From NCBI RefSeq assembly GCF_000142905.1, contig NW_013657657.1:248001-312000 (forward strand): a stretch of 64,000 nt of DNA. The letters are read 5' to 3'. Source of the stretch: Thecamonas trahens ATCC 50062. Its lineage: Eukaryota > Protista > Apusomonadida. The position numbers and the translations under genes were made by a program. The notes beneath the pieces were generated by a model. That model made no database searches and was not told where the DNA came from. It saw only the letters and a program-made list of their open reading frames with translations. Shown one piece after another: positions 41,175 through 52,484 of the stretch; position 1 is the first letter of the stretch, and the number at the start of each line of letters is the position of its first letter.

Positions 41175-43118
41175 TCATGTTGAGGCCTCGGCGGTCGCAG
41201 CCGCTCCGGAGCGCGGCTTGTATGTGACGACGCCTGGGCCGGTGGCGGCAAACCGCGGCTTGGACTGCGAGAAGATGGGCGCCGGTGAGCGGCCCTGGGT
41301 TGGGAGAGGAAGCGCCGAGAGCGGGGTGCGGTTGGCGTCGCGGCCGGCGTGGGTGTTCTCGCTGTGGGTGAGCGACTCGGCCGCGGCCTTGCCGGCAAAG
41401 TACGACGGGCGCAGCGAGTACGCCGAGCCTGCGACGGTGGCCGGCGGCTCCGACGCCGGGGCCACCACGGCCTCGGGCTTCTTGGGATCTGCCAGCGGGC
41501 CATGCGGGAGAACGGCATATGAGCCCGAGGCCTCACCGACGGCAAATGGGTTGCGCGATGCCGTCAGCGAGTTGTTCATCTGCTGGTTGAGGAACTTGAT
41601 GAGGTTCTCGTTCGACTCGAGCTGATTACGTGACGCGGTGAGAGCCTCCTTGAGCGAGGCGTTATCATCGGTCACGCGCGCGAGGACCGCGTCCTTCTCG
41701 CCGAGTTGCGAGTGCAGGTCAGCAATGGTTCGCTCGGCCTTGCCCGCCGCAGCCTGGGCATCAGCGAGCGCAGCCTCCTGTTGGACCGAAATGGCGTTCT
41801 TCATCTTGATCTTGGACTTGAGGGCAAGAATGTCCGATTGCAGCTTGCGGATGATATCGTTGCCCTTGTTGATCTCTGCTGCTGCAGCCGCCACCTTGGC
41901 CTCGAGCTTGGTGTTGGTTGCCTTGTACAGCGCGAGTGTCTCGTCGTGCTGGGCGCGCGCCGCCGACGCCTCGACGAGAAGCGACTCGGTCTTGGCCACA
42001 AGCGCGTCCTTGTCGGCCACCTGCTGCTCGAGAGCGGCAATGCGAAGCTTGGCTTCGTTGATCGAAAGCAGCTGGGCGTGCTTGGTCGAGTCAAGGTCGA
42101 CGTTCTGCCCGCGGATCGCCGCCAGCGCCGCCTTGGTCTCCTCGAGCTCGGCGTTGGACGCACCAAGCTTGTCGGCGAGGCTCTCTACTTGAGCCTCGAG
42201 GCGGGTGTTGGCGTCGACAAGCGTGTCCATGCGAGAGCGGGCGTCAGCAAGCTCGCGGGCGGCGGCGGCAGCGGCCTTGGCGGCCTCGCGGCGTTCGGCG
42301 TCGAGCTTGGCGGTCATCTCGGAGCGGACCTTGTCGAGGGCGCGGGAGGCAGCGGCGGCTGCCGATGTGGCGTCACGCTGGGCGAGCAGCTTCACACTGG
42401 CAACCTGCTCGGCAGCCTGAGACGATGCAACGGCAAGCTTCTCGGCCAGGGCCGCTCGGTCAGCTTCCAGCTCCGCCACCTGGGCCTCGAGCCGAGACGA
42501 CGTCTCGTCGAGCTCGTACGTCAGCTGGGCCTCCGACTCGCGAGTCAGGGCCAGCTGCTCCGCCAGATACGCCTTGACATGCTCATCATCACCAAGGCGG
42601 AGCTTGAGCGTCAAATGCGAGAGAAAGCGCAGCGGGTTGGTCTCGACAATCGAGAGCTCGCCGACCGACGAGCCGGGTGGACCGACGTCGAGAAAGACGA
42701 GGAACTTGCCCTGTGAGCCGCCATGGCTTGCTGGCCCAGCAGGACCAACACTCGAAGCACCTGCGCAACGAGGCGAGGCATCCGATGAGGTGGAAAGCGA
42801 GGCAGGCGAGGACGAGAGCGAAGCTCTGACGGCGTCAAAGAGGCGAACCAGGTCCGAGGGAAAGGTTGCAAAGTCAACGAGGAGGCCTTGCTCGGCACGA
42901 AGGTTTTGAAAGGCGGCTTCATGGACATGGAGAAAGTACAGAAAGTATGGGTCCGAGCCTTCTGTCAGCCGCAGTCGCAGTTCTTTGTTCTCCAGAGCAG
43001 ATGGACGGGTGTGGAGGGAGAGGGTGGCCCGGACAGCCACGTACTTTTCCTCCCGCCCGGGCGCACGGATGCACAGAGGCACCTCGCCGTCATACAGCAT
43101 GTGGGCGTTGTCGCTCAT
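41175..43118 (-). CDS. SAS6: Centriolar cartwheel protein SAS-6
   Basis: PISA motif LTEGSDPYFLY...FQNLRAEQGLLVDFATFP, SIVETNPLRFLSHLTL, long coiled coil with EINKGNDIIRKLQ, and NENLIKFLNQQMN. Confidence 0.93.
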   Translation of the reverse strand: MSDNAHMLYDGEVPLCIRAPGREEKYVAVRATLSLHTRPSALENKELRLRLTEGSDPYFLYFLHVHEAAFQNLRAEQGLLVDFATFPSDLVRLFDAVRASLSSSPASLSTSSDASPRCAGASSVGPAGPASHGGSQGKFLVFLDVGPPGSSVGELSIVETNPLRFLSHLTLKLRLGDDEHVKAYLAEQLALTRESEAQLTYELDETSSRLEAQVAELEADRAALAEKLAVASSQAAEQVASVKLLAQRDATSAAAAASRALDKVRSEMTAKLDAERREAAKAAAAAARELADARSRMDTLVDANTRLEAQVESLADKLGASNAELEETKAALAAIRGQNVDLDSTKHAQLLSINEAKLRIAALEQQVADKDALVAKTESLLVEASAARAQHDETLALYKATNTKLEAKVAAAAAEINKGNDIIRKLQSDILALKSKIKMKNAISVQQEAALADAQAAAGKAERTIADLHSQLGEKDAVLARVTDDNASLKEALTASRNQLESNENLIKFLNQQMNNSLTASRNPFAVGEASGSYAVLPHGPLADPKKPEAVVAPASEPPATVAGSAYSLRPSYFAGKAAAESLTHSENTHAGRDANRTPLSALPLPTQGRSPAPIFSQSKPRFAATGPGVVTYKPRSGAAATAEAST

Positions 43119-43476
43119 GGCGGTGAGGATAAAAAGATGATGATGATGGTGGTGGTGGTGGTGGTGGTGGTGGTGGTGGTGGTGGTGGGTGGTGGTGGTG
43201 GTGGTGTGGAGTTGTGTGGCTGGTCCGCCAGTTTTTCGCGCCAAAACTGGTCGGTCAGTGGCAAGCGGCGGTGGCTGGCCGGCTGGCAGGTGGGCGGCTT
43301 GCCGGCCGGCAACTGTCAGACAAGTTGTGTTTGAGAGTATGTGTCGGGGTTTATCCACAGTATCATCAATCATGGTGGTGATCATGGTGTCGTGCTTGTC
43401 CTGTGCTGGCGTAGTAGCCTGGCTTTGCAGCCAACCAGGGGCGGGACAACGACAAGGTCAACGGCAACGAGCTTGC

Positions 43477-45154
43477 TCAGGCCCAAGGCTTGCTGGCCGA
43501 CTTTGAGGAGAGCGGCATGCTGGCGAGCTCGACACAATACTTTTCCGGCACTCCGGCGGCGCGGAGCTCGGCAAGCTTGCGGTCGCGGATGGCCTCGAGC
43601 TTGCGGATGCGCAGCTCTTCCTCGAGATCGTCATGGCGACCCTCCTCGCGGATGGCACGGCGCTCGCGCTTCTTGGCCTCGTCGCGCTGGAGCATCTGGC
43701 GGCGGACCTCGTTGCGGTAGTTACGAACGCGCTCAGCCTCCTCGGTGCGGCGGCGCTCCTCGTCCTCCTGGATGGACTTTTGGACTTGGACGACGCGCTC
43801 AAACTCCTGGCGGTCCTGTGCGGCCTGTGCGGCGATGAGGCGCTCCTTGTGCATGAGCTGCTCCTCGCGCGCGGCCTTGAGCTCGTCCTCCATGCGCTTC
43901 TTGCGGCGGGCTTCCTCGGCCTCCTTGCGCCGCCAGTCGCGCTCGTACTGCTCGGCGGCGCGGCGGGCGAGGAGCTCGTCGCGGGCAGCCTGCTTGTCGA
44001 TGATGCGCTGCTGCTGACCGCGGACGCGGGCGACTTCGCGGGCCTTCTGGGCCTTGATCTTGGCGACTTCAGCCTGGTACGCCTCCTCGCGACGGGCCTT
44101 TTCCTGGACGTACGCCAGGATGCGCAGGTCATCCTGCCGCTCGCGCTCGGCCTCGATATCGCGCTTTTTGGCCAGCTCCTTGTTGGCGGCGTCGATCTCG
44201 AGGCGCATCTCGTGCTGGACAGCGAGCTTTTGCTCGAGCGCCACTCGCTCCTCCTCCTTCATCTCAGCCATCTGCGCGAGGAGAACCTGGCGCTCGGCCT
44301 CAATGCGGGCAAGGTTCTTGAACCGCTCCTCCTCGCGCTCGGCAATCTGCATGCGGATGACCTGCGCCGACTCGCGCTGCTCCTTGCGGCGGGCGATATC
44401 GCGCTGCTTGTACGTCTCAATCTTCTCCAGCCGGAGCTTCTCCATCTCCTCGGCAATACGCGCCTCGCGCTCGGCGTTGATCTTCTTGCGGCGCTGCTTC
44501 TCCTCGAGCTGCGCGTCGCGGATGGTCACCGTCTTGGCGTGGCGGACCAGGGCGTTCATGGCCTTGACCTCGTCCATCTCCTCGTCGAGCTGCGCCTGAG
44601 CCATCGCCCGAACGAATGCCTCCTCTAGCGCCCGCTCCTTGGACACTGTGTGACGGTGAGGGTCACGCTTCTTCTTGGCCGCATCGATACGGCGCATTCG
44701 CTCCTTGCGGTCCTCGGGCGTCACCGGGCAACGCCCGACCCGCGTCCACGCGGCGTTGATCCGCGCGACGCCGCATCTGCCTTGGCCTTGGCCCGGATCC
44801 GCTGCAGGTCGTTCACCCCAATAACCGCTGCCTTGGGTGCCCGCGCATCGAGCGTCTGGCCCGTCCCCTTGCTCCTCGTCCGCAGCGTCCGCACCGAATC
44901 CTGCGTCACCACCGTCGTTGTTGCCCCCCCCCTGCTCCGCGGCGTCCGCGAGCCCCGAGCCTATCGTAGCAACCAACATCACACAACATAGCATGTGAGT
45001 GAGTGAGTGAGCATGCGCGGGTGTGGTACCCCCCCCCCCCTCCGCTGCTGCAGCGGGTGGAGCTGCCCGCGTCCCAGTGCCCTCTCTCCCCCTCTCGTCG
45101 CTCCCCCCCCCTCCCTCCCCCTCAGGCCTCCGTCTGTCTCCGTACTGCAAGCAT
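43477..45154 (-). CDS. CFAP45: Cilia- and flagella-associated protein 45 (TPH coiled coil); 2 exons and one -1 frameshift at ~44726
   Basis: Exon 1 is 45146..45154 (MLA). Intron 44961..45145 is GTACGG...TAG. Motifs DEVKAMNALVRHAKTVTIRDAQLEEK, DELLARRAAEQYERDWRRKE, KLAELRAAGVPEKYC. Confidence 0.85.
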
Positions 45155-45738
45155 ATATATCACCAGATGGGTATTCTTGCGTGGACGTGTAGTTCTCTTT
45201 GTCTCTCTCCGACTAGCTCTTGTTTGTGCGAGCGGTGGTGGTGGCTATCCCTTCCTGACTGTCTTCTTCTCCTTGCTCTCCTCGCTCTCCTCTTCGCCTC
45301 GTCGTCCGTTGGTCCGCAAAGCCAACAAAGTTAGTGCCGAGGGACAATGGCAAAACGGCCTGTTCAACCCATTGCCGGTATTGGACGAGGTCAATTGCAG
45401 AATAATCATTGAGCCTCCCCCCCCCCTCCCCTCCCCATGACCCAGACTTCCCCAACTCCCCACAAACCAGCCCATTTGCACCACCATCGTTCATCCATCT
45501 ACTTTGACGACATACCAATGATTACATCCGATATTATCCATGACACTGCACTTGCATGAAGAACACCCGCGAGCGCATCAACCATCCAGCATCCATCGAT
45601 TAATCGATGCAGTTTGATGTGATCTGTTGCGTCAGCCATATGTTCCCGACGGTTTCTCGCGAGAGAGTGAGACAGAGCCAACAACAGGTGGAGTATTGGA
45701 GACGTGTTGGAAGGGTACACTTGTCGCACACATACAAC

Positions 45739-45815
45739 ATGGGCAAGCATCGTACGTACATACCAACATGTTCTTCTTCGTACTCTATATCCCTCATACA
45801 TACTTGGATGGTCCG

Positions 45816-45862
<47 letters not shown>

Positions 45863-46940
45863 GTGGTAGGGTGGGTGGGTGGGTGGAAGAAAAAGGTGCC
45901 GAAGTGCGGAACGGTGGCAAAGGGTATCGCCGCACGTGCGGGTGGCTGGCTGGCAGGGGGGGGGTCAGTGGCGGAGAGATTGGGTGGGGTGGGTGGGGTG
46001 GGGGGTGAGCAGAGGGAAGACGAGCAACTTACCTGTTGTATGTGTCATGTTCTTGGGGATGTGTGTAGAGTACACCAAGCTTGAGCGCGTGGACGTGGTC
46101 GAGTCGACCAAGGACGTGGAGCTCGTTGAGGTCGCGGCTGTTGAGGTGGAGGAGCCGGCGGCGCCGGTGGTCGACGACGCGACAGTGCCCGACGATGAGC
46201 TGTACTACGGTTGGCTCGCTGAGCGGCAGTACGCGGTGGACGTGCGGTCGATCTGGTCGCGGTCGTGGGAGCTCTACCGCAACCACGCCGGTCTCCTGAC
46301 GGGCGGGTTTGTGGCGGTCGTTTTCGCGCACTGCCTGGTGGGCCCTGGCTCGCTCCTCGGCTCGTACATGGGCTACGGCTACCTTGTGATGCTGATGAAC
46401 GGGATGCGCGCGTCGAACACGACAGGCTTCATGAAGTTCAACGACCTCTTTTCCGGCTTTTCGCTCTTTGTCCCGCTCCTCGGCCTCATGCTCACGCAGG
46501 CGGTCCTGATGATCTCGGCGATTGTGGCGTACATCTTTGCGGTTATCGGCCTCTACTTCCTGATCTTCATCAAGCTTTCGGCGCCTGCCTGGGTCGGCTA
46601 CCCGTACCTCGCGGTTGTTCTCGCCCTCCTCTACCCGCTCATCTACGTCTCAGTCGGTATCCACATGGCAGCGCCCGTCCTCCTCGAGTTCCACACTCGC
46701 CGCATCGGCGTCTTTGCCTCGGTTGGCCTCGCCTTTAAGCAGCTGAACAAGAAGTTTACCTCGGTCGTCCTCTTTGTCACCATGCTCGCCTGCTTCCAGG
46801 TCCTCGGCACTCTCGCTTTTGGCGTCGGCATCTTCTTCACCGCCCCGCTCTCGATTGTCCTCTACATGACGCTTGTCAAGGATATGTTCGGCCTCAACGC
46901 CTCCGAGTTCCGTGCCAGCGAGTGCGTGGTCTGCGTTTAG
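45739..46940 (+). CDS. Multi-pass membrane protein of unknown function; 2 exons
   Basis: join(45739..45751, 46069..46940). Phase-1 intron GTACGT...GTAG. About 5-6 hydrophobic helices, ending LGTLAFGVGIFFTAPL. Confidence 0.7.
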
Positions 46941-46999
46941 AGCGCTCCGTCAACTTTCTTTCTTCTTTCGTTCAACAAACAAACAAACACACAACTCTC

Positions 47000-48240
47000 T
47001 CAGTACGGCGCCGGGCGCGCGGTGCGCGACGAGTGCTTCTGCGCGCCATGGGCACCGGCAGTCTGTTGGCGCTGCGGGGGCTGCGAGCGGGCAGGTTGTG
47101 GCCGCGACGCGGTCGAGGTCGACGAGCTGGCGCCGGCCGAGCCCTGGGCCACTACCGTTCCACCGTGACGGGCGTACATGTCCAGGATCTCGTTGGAGAT
47201 CATCTCAAGGGTCTTGAGCGGGACGCCGACGATGTCAATCCACGACTTGCCCTCCAGTTTCTCGTCGAGATTGACCTTTTGGTGCAAGGCAGAGAGGTAG
47301 ATGGCGGCGGCAGCAACCTCCCGCGGCTGGTACCGCAGACACAGCGTCATGCTCAGCGAGTCGTTGATGAACGACCACGCCGACTGGGCCAGCTCACGCG
47401 AGGCGTGGATATCCGAGGCCATGGGCATCAGGTCCTTGTACGGGTGGACCACCGTGAGGTCAAAGGCCAGTGTCTGCAGTACCTTGCGCTCGTGGATCAA
47501 AATCTGCTCCTTCAGCTGGAACAGCTTGCTGTCGTCGCGAGCCTCGCCTGGATACCGTTGCTCGAACGCCATATCCACCACGTTGCGCAGCTTCTTGCTT
47601 GATTCTTCCACCTTTGTGGCGAGGAAGAGGCACGTCACCGCCACCAGCCACGCATCGTGCTTCTTGAACGAACGCCGCAGGAAGAATCGATGGAAGAACA
47701 GCACGGCCGTCGCCTTGGCCAACGTCGGTCTGTCGCCACGCGCCCACACCCGCGCCACGCCACACCGCATCCCAGCATGAGTTTCGCTCACACCCGCACA
47801 CCCACCCAAGGCGCTTCTCCACCCAAGCCCGACGATGGCATTCGCCCGCATCAAGCCTGAGCCTCGCACGCGGCGTCAAGACGAGACGGAGAACGCAGCC
47901 TATCGTACGATAGTCTGGGCACATCCGTCTTGCATACATTGGCCTCTACCCGTCCGTCCGTCTGTCCGTCCGTCTGTCCGACGGTCTGTCCGTCCGCCCG
48001 TCTCTGTCCGACCGTATCCGTCCACGTCCCCCTCCCCCCCTACCCCCCTTCCCTCTCCCCCCCCCCCCCCCCCCTCCTCTCCTCAAGCACGTACACATTC
48101 AGCTTGGCACCCAGGTGCAGAATGGCCATGCACTGCTTCTGGCGTTCGGCACACTCTGTGGCATAGTCCATGCCGTCCTCCCGCGACGGTGTGTGCTTCT
48201 TGAGCTCGTCCAGCGTCACATACCACGAAGATGCCTCCAT
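47000..48240 (-). CDS. Transcriptional cyclin (cyclin T/K family); 2 exons
   Basis: join(48095..48240, 47000..47729). Phase-2 intron GTACGT...GACAG gives TPSREDG...GAKLNVPTLAKATAVLFFHRFF...CLFLATKVEE...ERKVLQTLAFDLTVVHPY. Confidence 0.9.
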
Positions 48241-48398
48241 CACAGCCACTCCAATGTCAACTAACACGCCGTGTCAAACTATGTCCTCTTGCTTGCTGTG
48301 CTTGCCCTGCCTCCGTCCCGCCGGGTAGAGTCCGGGGAAGTGCGGTGTCCTCCCCTCCCGCCTTGGTCGCCTCCGGCGACCCACCGACTGACCGCCGG

Positions 48399-48702
48399 AT
48401 CGCCCGCCCGCCAGCTCACCTACCAGCTCACCTGCCCACCAGCTCACCTGCCCACCAGCTCACCCACCCGCCCGATCGCCTGCCCACCAGCTCACCTACC
48501 CGCCCGATCGCCTGCCCGCCCGATCGCCTGCCCGCCCGATCGCCTGCCCGCCCGATCGGCTCACCTGCCCACCCGATCGCCAGCTCAACCACCAGCTCGC
48601 CCACCCGCCAGCTCACCTACCCGCCCGATCGCCCGCCCGCCAGCTCACCTACCCACCCGATCGCCAGCTCAACCACCAGCTCGCCCACCCGCCCACCAGC
48701 TC
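48399..48702. repeat. Degenerate tandem repeat built from CCAGCTCACC and CCCGATCGCC modules, between divergent genes
   Basis: About a dozen CCAGCTC and several CCCGATCG units are visible. Confidence 0.85.
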
Positions 48703-49003
48703 GAGTACTCGATAGATCATCGGGATATTGACCTTGGCTGTGGTATGGTGGTCAAGCAGAGGGAGGTCTGCCAAGTTATGCACTGCCGATGGATGTGTGC
48801 AGCGGTCAGATCACCCACCGCCGATTGCTCACGCCAAGCCGGTTGAAGATGGAAGCGTACGTAATCAACCAGTCGATCTGTCTTTGATCACTATCACCTA
48901 CACCATTAGCGGCTGCGCAGAGACGACATGACCATGCTCTCCACCCGACTCGGTTCCTTCCCCTCCCCCCCCCTCCACCAGCACCCCACTCACGCCCACC
49001 ACC

Positions 49004-50050
49004 ATGACCGACACCGCCTCGGAACCGCTCGCGCGCCCGTACATGACCTCGTTCAGCTCTGACAAGCCATCTTTGAAAGAGCTCGAAGCCTATCTCGCTC
49101 TCCCGGACTTTGCTCGGGCACAGGTGCGGGTGCCGGGGTCGGCGCCAGTCGAGTCGGAGACGGAGACGGAGACGGAGACGGAGACGGAGACGGAGACGAA
49201 TCCGAACGCGAACGAGTGGCCGCTGACAACCTCGACCGGTGCTAAGCGACCGTACACGTGGTACAACGCTGTGACCACGCTTGATGGCGTTACATCGTTT
49301 GATGATCCTCCGGATCACCTCGGTGCCGCCGCCGTCGCCCTCGCCCACGATCCACAGGCGGCGTCGTCTGCTGACGGTCGCGTGTTGTTCGCCGGCCGCA
49401 TGGTCTGCCACGCCCTCGTCCACGGCGGCAACACTGTGCGGAGCGAGCCGCGCCTCTTTGGCGGTATTCCTCTTGCTGATCTTGCTGCCGAGCGCCAGCG
49501 TCTTGCCGGCGACGCCGCGGCAGACGTCCCGCTCCAGGTCATCCTCTCCGGATCCGGCGCACTGCCTGTCGACGATCCCGAGTGCTGGCTGCTCGCGCCC
49601 GGCGGCAGCCACAAAGTCGTCATCTTGACCTCGCCTACTGGCCACGCAGCACTTGTCGATTCCTGGGGTGGCGTCGAATGCGTACCGGACCACGTGACGC
49701 TGGCCGCGTTTGCTCCGGCAGGCGATCCTACCAGCCGCGCCTGCGACGTCGACCTCGCGGATGCCTTTGCGTATCTCTACACCAAGCACGGTGTGCGGCT
49801 TCTGGACATGTGCGCCGGCGGACGGGCGGCGGCGGCCATGCTCCGCCTCGGGCTCATCGACGAAGTTCGGCTGACGTACACCTCGCAGTTTAGTGGGCGA
49901 TCGAGCACGATGGGGCGGCCGCGGCCGCTGGTCTTTGATGCGAGCGCTGGCGCCCCGCTTGGCGTCTTTTCTGCGGTGCGGCTGCAGAACGAGGGGCTCC
50001 GCGCCGCCGGCCGCCGGCATCTCTTCCTCCGGGCCTCGGTCGTCATGTGA
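49004..50050 (+). CDS. RibD C-terminal (pyrimidine reductase/DHFR-fold) domain protein
   Basis: RPYTWYNAVTTLDG, ALVHGGNTVRSE, GVRLLDMCAGG...LGLIDEVRLT. Contains a (GAGACG)n repeat encoding poly-ET. Confidence 0.75.
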   Translation: MTDTASEPLARPYMTSFSSDKPSLKELEAYLALPDFARAQVRVPGSAPVESETETETETETETETNPNANEWPLTTSTGAKRPYTWYNAVTTLDGVTSFDDPPDHLGAAAVALAHDPQAASSADGRVLFAGRMVCHALVHGGNTVRSEPRLFGGIPLADLAAERQRLAGDAAADVPLQVILSGSGALPVDDPECWLLAPGGSHKVVILTSPTGHAALVDSWGGVECVPDHVTLAAFAPAGDPTSRACDVDLADAFAYLYTKHGVRLLDMCAGGRAAAAMLRLGLIDEVRLTYTSQFSGRSSTMGRPRPLVFDASAGAPLGVFSAVRLQNEGLRAAGRRHLFLRASVVM

Positions 50051-51425
50051 CCCGAAGCGGAACTGTGGTCTTGTTCTCCCACTCGAAGCAGTCGGGCTCC
50101 GGCTGGTTGGCTACTCCGCGAGCATCGTGCAGCTCGAGCAGGACCTTGCGCGTCGCCTGTGTGTAAGTGAGGCCATCGACGTCTGCTGTTCGGAGAGGAA
50201 CATGTCCACCGTAGCGAGGGATGCGCCCCGGTGCCGAGTCGGATAGAGGCTCGGCGTGCACATCGTCACCGGTCTCGGCCAACACGCCGGCCGGGATGCC
50301 CCCAGCACGGACCGACGCCAGCGCCGCAGCCCGGGTGTGGACCTCGGCGGTCCGGTTGATGAGGCCGGCCCGCGAGGTGCCAAGTCCAATCCGCGAGTTG
50401 CGGCCGGGTACAAAGCCGGCGTACCCGTTGGCGACCCGCGACGGCGGACGAGCGGAGGCGGCGCCGTCGTCCCCAGCCGCCGCCGCCGCCTCGAGCGCCG
50501 ACGCCGCGCCGCGCGGATACAGCCGCTTGCCCTTGGTCCCGGGCGCGGTCGGCTGCGGCTCAAGCCGCCGATGGTGAAGTGCCGCCGCGACCGTGTTGTC
50601 ATTGCTGTTGCCATCGGCGCCGGCGTCGGCGTCGGTGTCGGCGTCGATTGTCGCCACGGCCGAGTTGTGCAACGTGGGGTGCCAGGTTGACGAGAGCGAG
50701 GCATCCGGCCGGAACGGAATGTGTCCGCCGTACCCCGGCGCCGCCCACGGCCGAAGCCTGGTCTTCTCCAACCGGGCCTTGCGCTCTGCCGCCGACGTCA
50801 TGGCGGCAAGGAACGGCGGCGCTGCGCCCGGTGTCGAGATCGGGCCAACAGGCGTGGGGCGAACAAAGACACCATCTGCCACCCCCGACGACAACGACAA
50901 CGACGACGACGCGGTAAACGCTGCCTGCGCCGGAGTAGTGGTCGAGTCGACACTCGGCGATGCCGCTGCCTTTGCCACCACCTTGAGATCTGCCCGACGG
51001 GCTGTCTCGGACGCCCGCCGCTTGCTAGCCCGATCACTGCCAGTGGCCCCTGGCCTCAACGTCGGATTGTATGCGCCACGGAAGCCAGCCTCGATGCGGG
51101 CATTGTACTCGGGCTACATGCAACAATACGTGAGTCCTTCACCCGTTCTCACTACATGTACTTCCTCTGTGTCTCTGCGCCTCTGCGCCTCTGCTCGGAT
51201 GAGGCTAGTGAGACAGTCCGTTGGCCACGCGCTTTGACCTGCTGCCAACGGACACGGGAGTGCGACTGGCAGGGAGCGTACCTGGAACTGGGTATGTGTT
51301 CCCAGGGGCAACCCATCACGGATACGCCCGCCAATACGCTCTACACGAGCATAGGCAGGTGGAGCGTCTTGTGGTGGAAGCATCGGTACGTGACCGGCAT
51401 ATCCGGCAATGGCGTGGGTCGACAT
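50043..51425 (-). CDS. Ciliary microtubule-inner-protein-like (FAM166-type PGYxGH repeats); 2 exons
   Basis: join(51282..51425, 50043..51113). Phase-0 intron GTACGC...GTAG. Repeats IAGYAGHVP, PGYGGHIP, NGYAGFVP, IPRYGGHVP. Confidence 0.7.
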
Positions 51426-52484
51426 GCTCCCGAAAGTGAGGTGCCTCTGCCACCAAACGGCCGCGGGCAGCCGACCAATACGCCCCCCCCCCCCCCCTCC
51501 TCACCACCTAATGGACAATCTAGTACGATCCTGTCTGTTGATCCTCGTCCTTTCGTCTCTCGTACGATCTGCACACGGCGGGTATGTAGGATAGGTAGCA
51601 TTGGTCTAGCGGATGAGCATGGACTTTGGGGTGGGTGGGTGTGGTGGGTGTGGGTGTGCGGGAAGGGGGGTTGACTCGGACCAGGCTGCTCACCTCACCT
51701 CGGTTGGCCCTAGCAAGACTCGATCGCCTCCCTCCCCCCCCTCCCCACCCCCCCCCCACCCCTACGAACACACACAAACCGGGGGTTAATCTCGTATTAT
51801 CGCTCCGCTGTGTCTCAAACAGCCCGGCTGTCGTGATCGCCCGACGTATCCCCATCACCACGACACCCATCGACCTCCTCCCTCCCCCCCCTCCCCCCTC
51901 TCAAGCTCCCGTCCCCCCATCAAGCTCCCGTCCACATCCTGATCCTAATCCTGATCCCAATCTGCACAATAACGATGATGATGATGATCTCATCCCTCGC
52001 CCTCCCCCCCCCCCCCCCCCTCCCCTCCCACTCCCTCATCCCAGCTGACGCCACCCGCGCGCTCAGTACCCAATGTTCCAACCAAAATGATGTCGTCATG
52101 CACCCGCGCGGGCCATCCATCCTTTGAGCGAAACGCGACAGGCATAGAGGGTGGAGGTAGTACCTGACGCATTTACTGGCTACTTTCCATCGCCAAGGAG
52201 TAAGGCAGTACTTGACGACAGAGTCCAGGAGTATAGTCTTCAAGCACATTCTCTCTCTCTCTCCTCTCTCTCTCTTTCTTACTCGGTCTCGCCCTCTCAA
52301 CTTGCCGCCGCTGCTCTCGTGTCGCCAGCTCGCCCCCGCAAGACGCACACGCCGCCAGCATCACAGTTCAACTCCCAGTCAACATTCTCTCCTGTTGTTG
52401 TTGTGGAGGATAAGGCTAGTCATCGGGCGGTTCATCAACTTGCTGTGATTGTCCAGGGTTTTGTCATCGGAGGTTGACTCGGTC

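Noticed and set aside
43119-43385. Poly-His N-terminal extension of SAS-6
   Set aside because: A (GGT/ACC)n microsatellite upstream of the Met at 43118, where SAS-6 similarity begins.
48399-48702. Possible CRISPR-like array
   Set aside because: No constant repeat with unique spacers, no cas genes, and a eukaryotic context.
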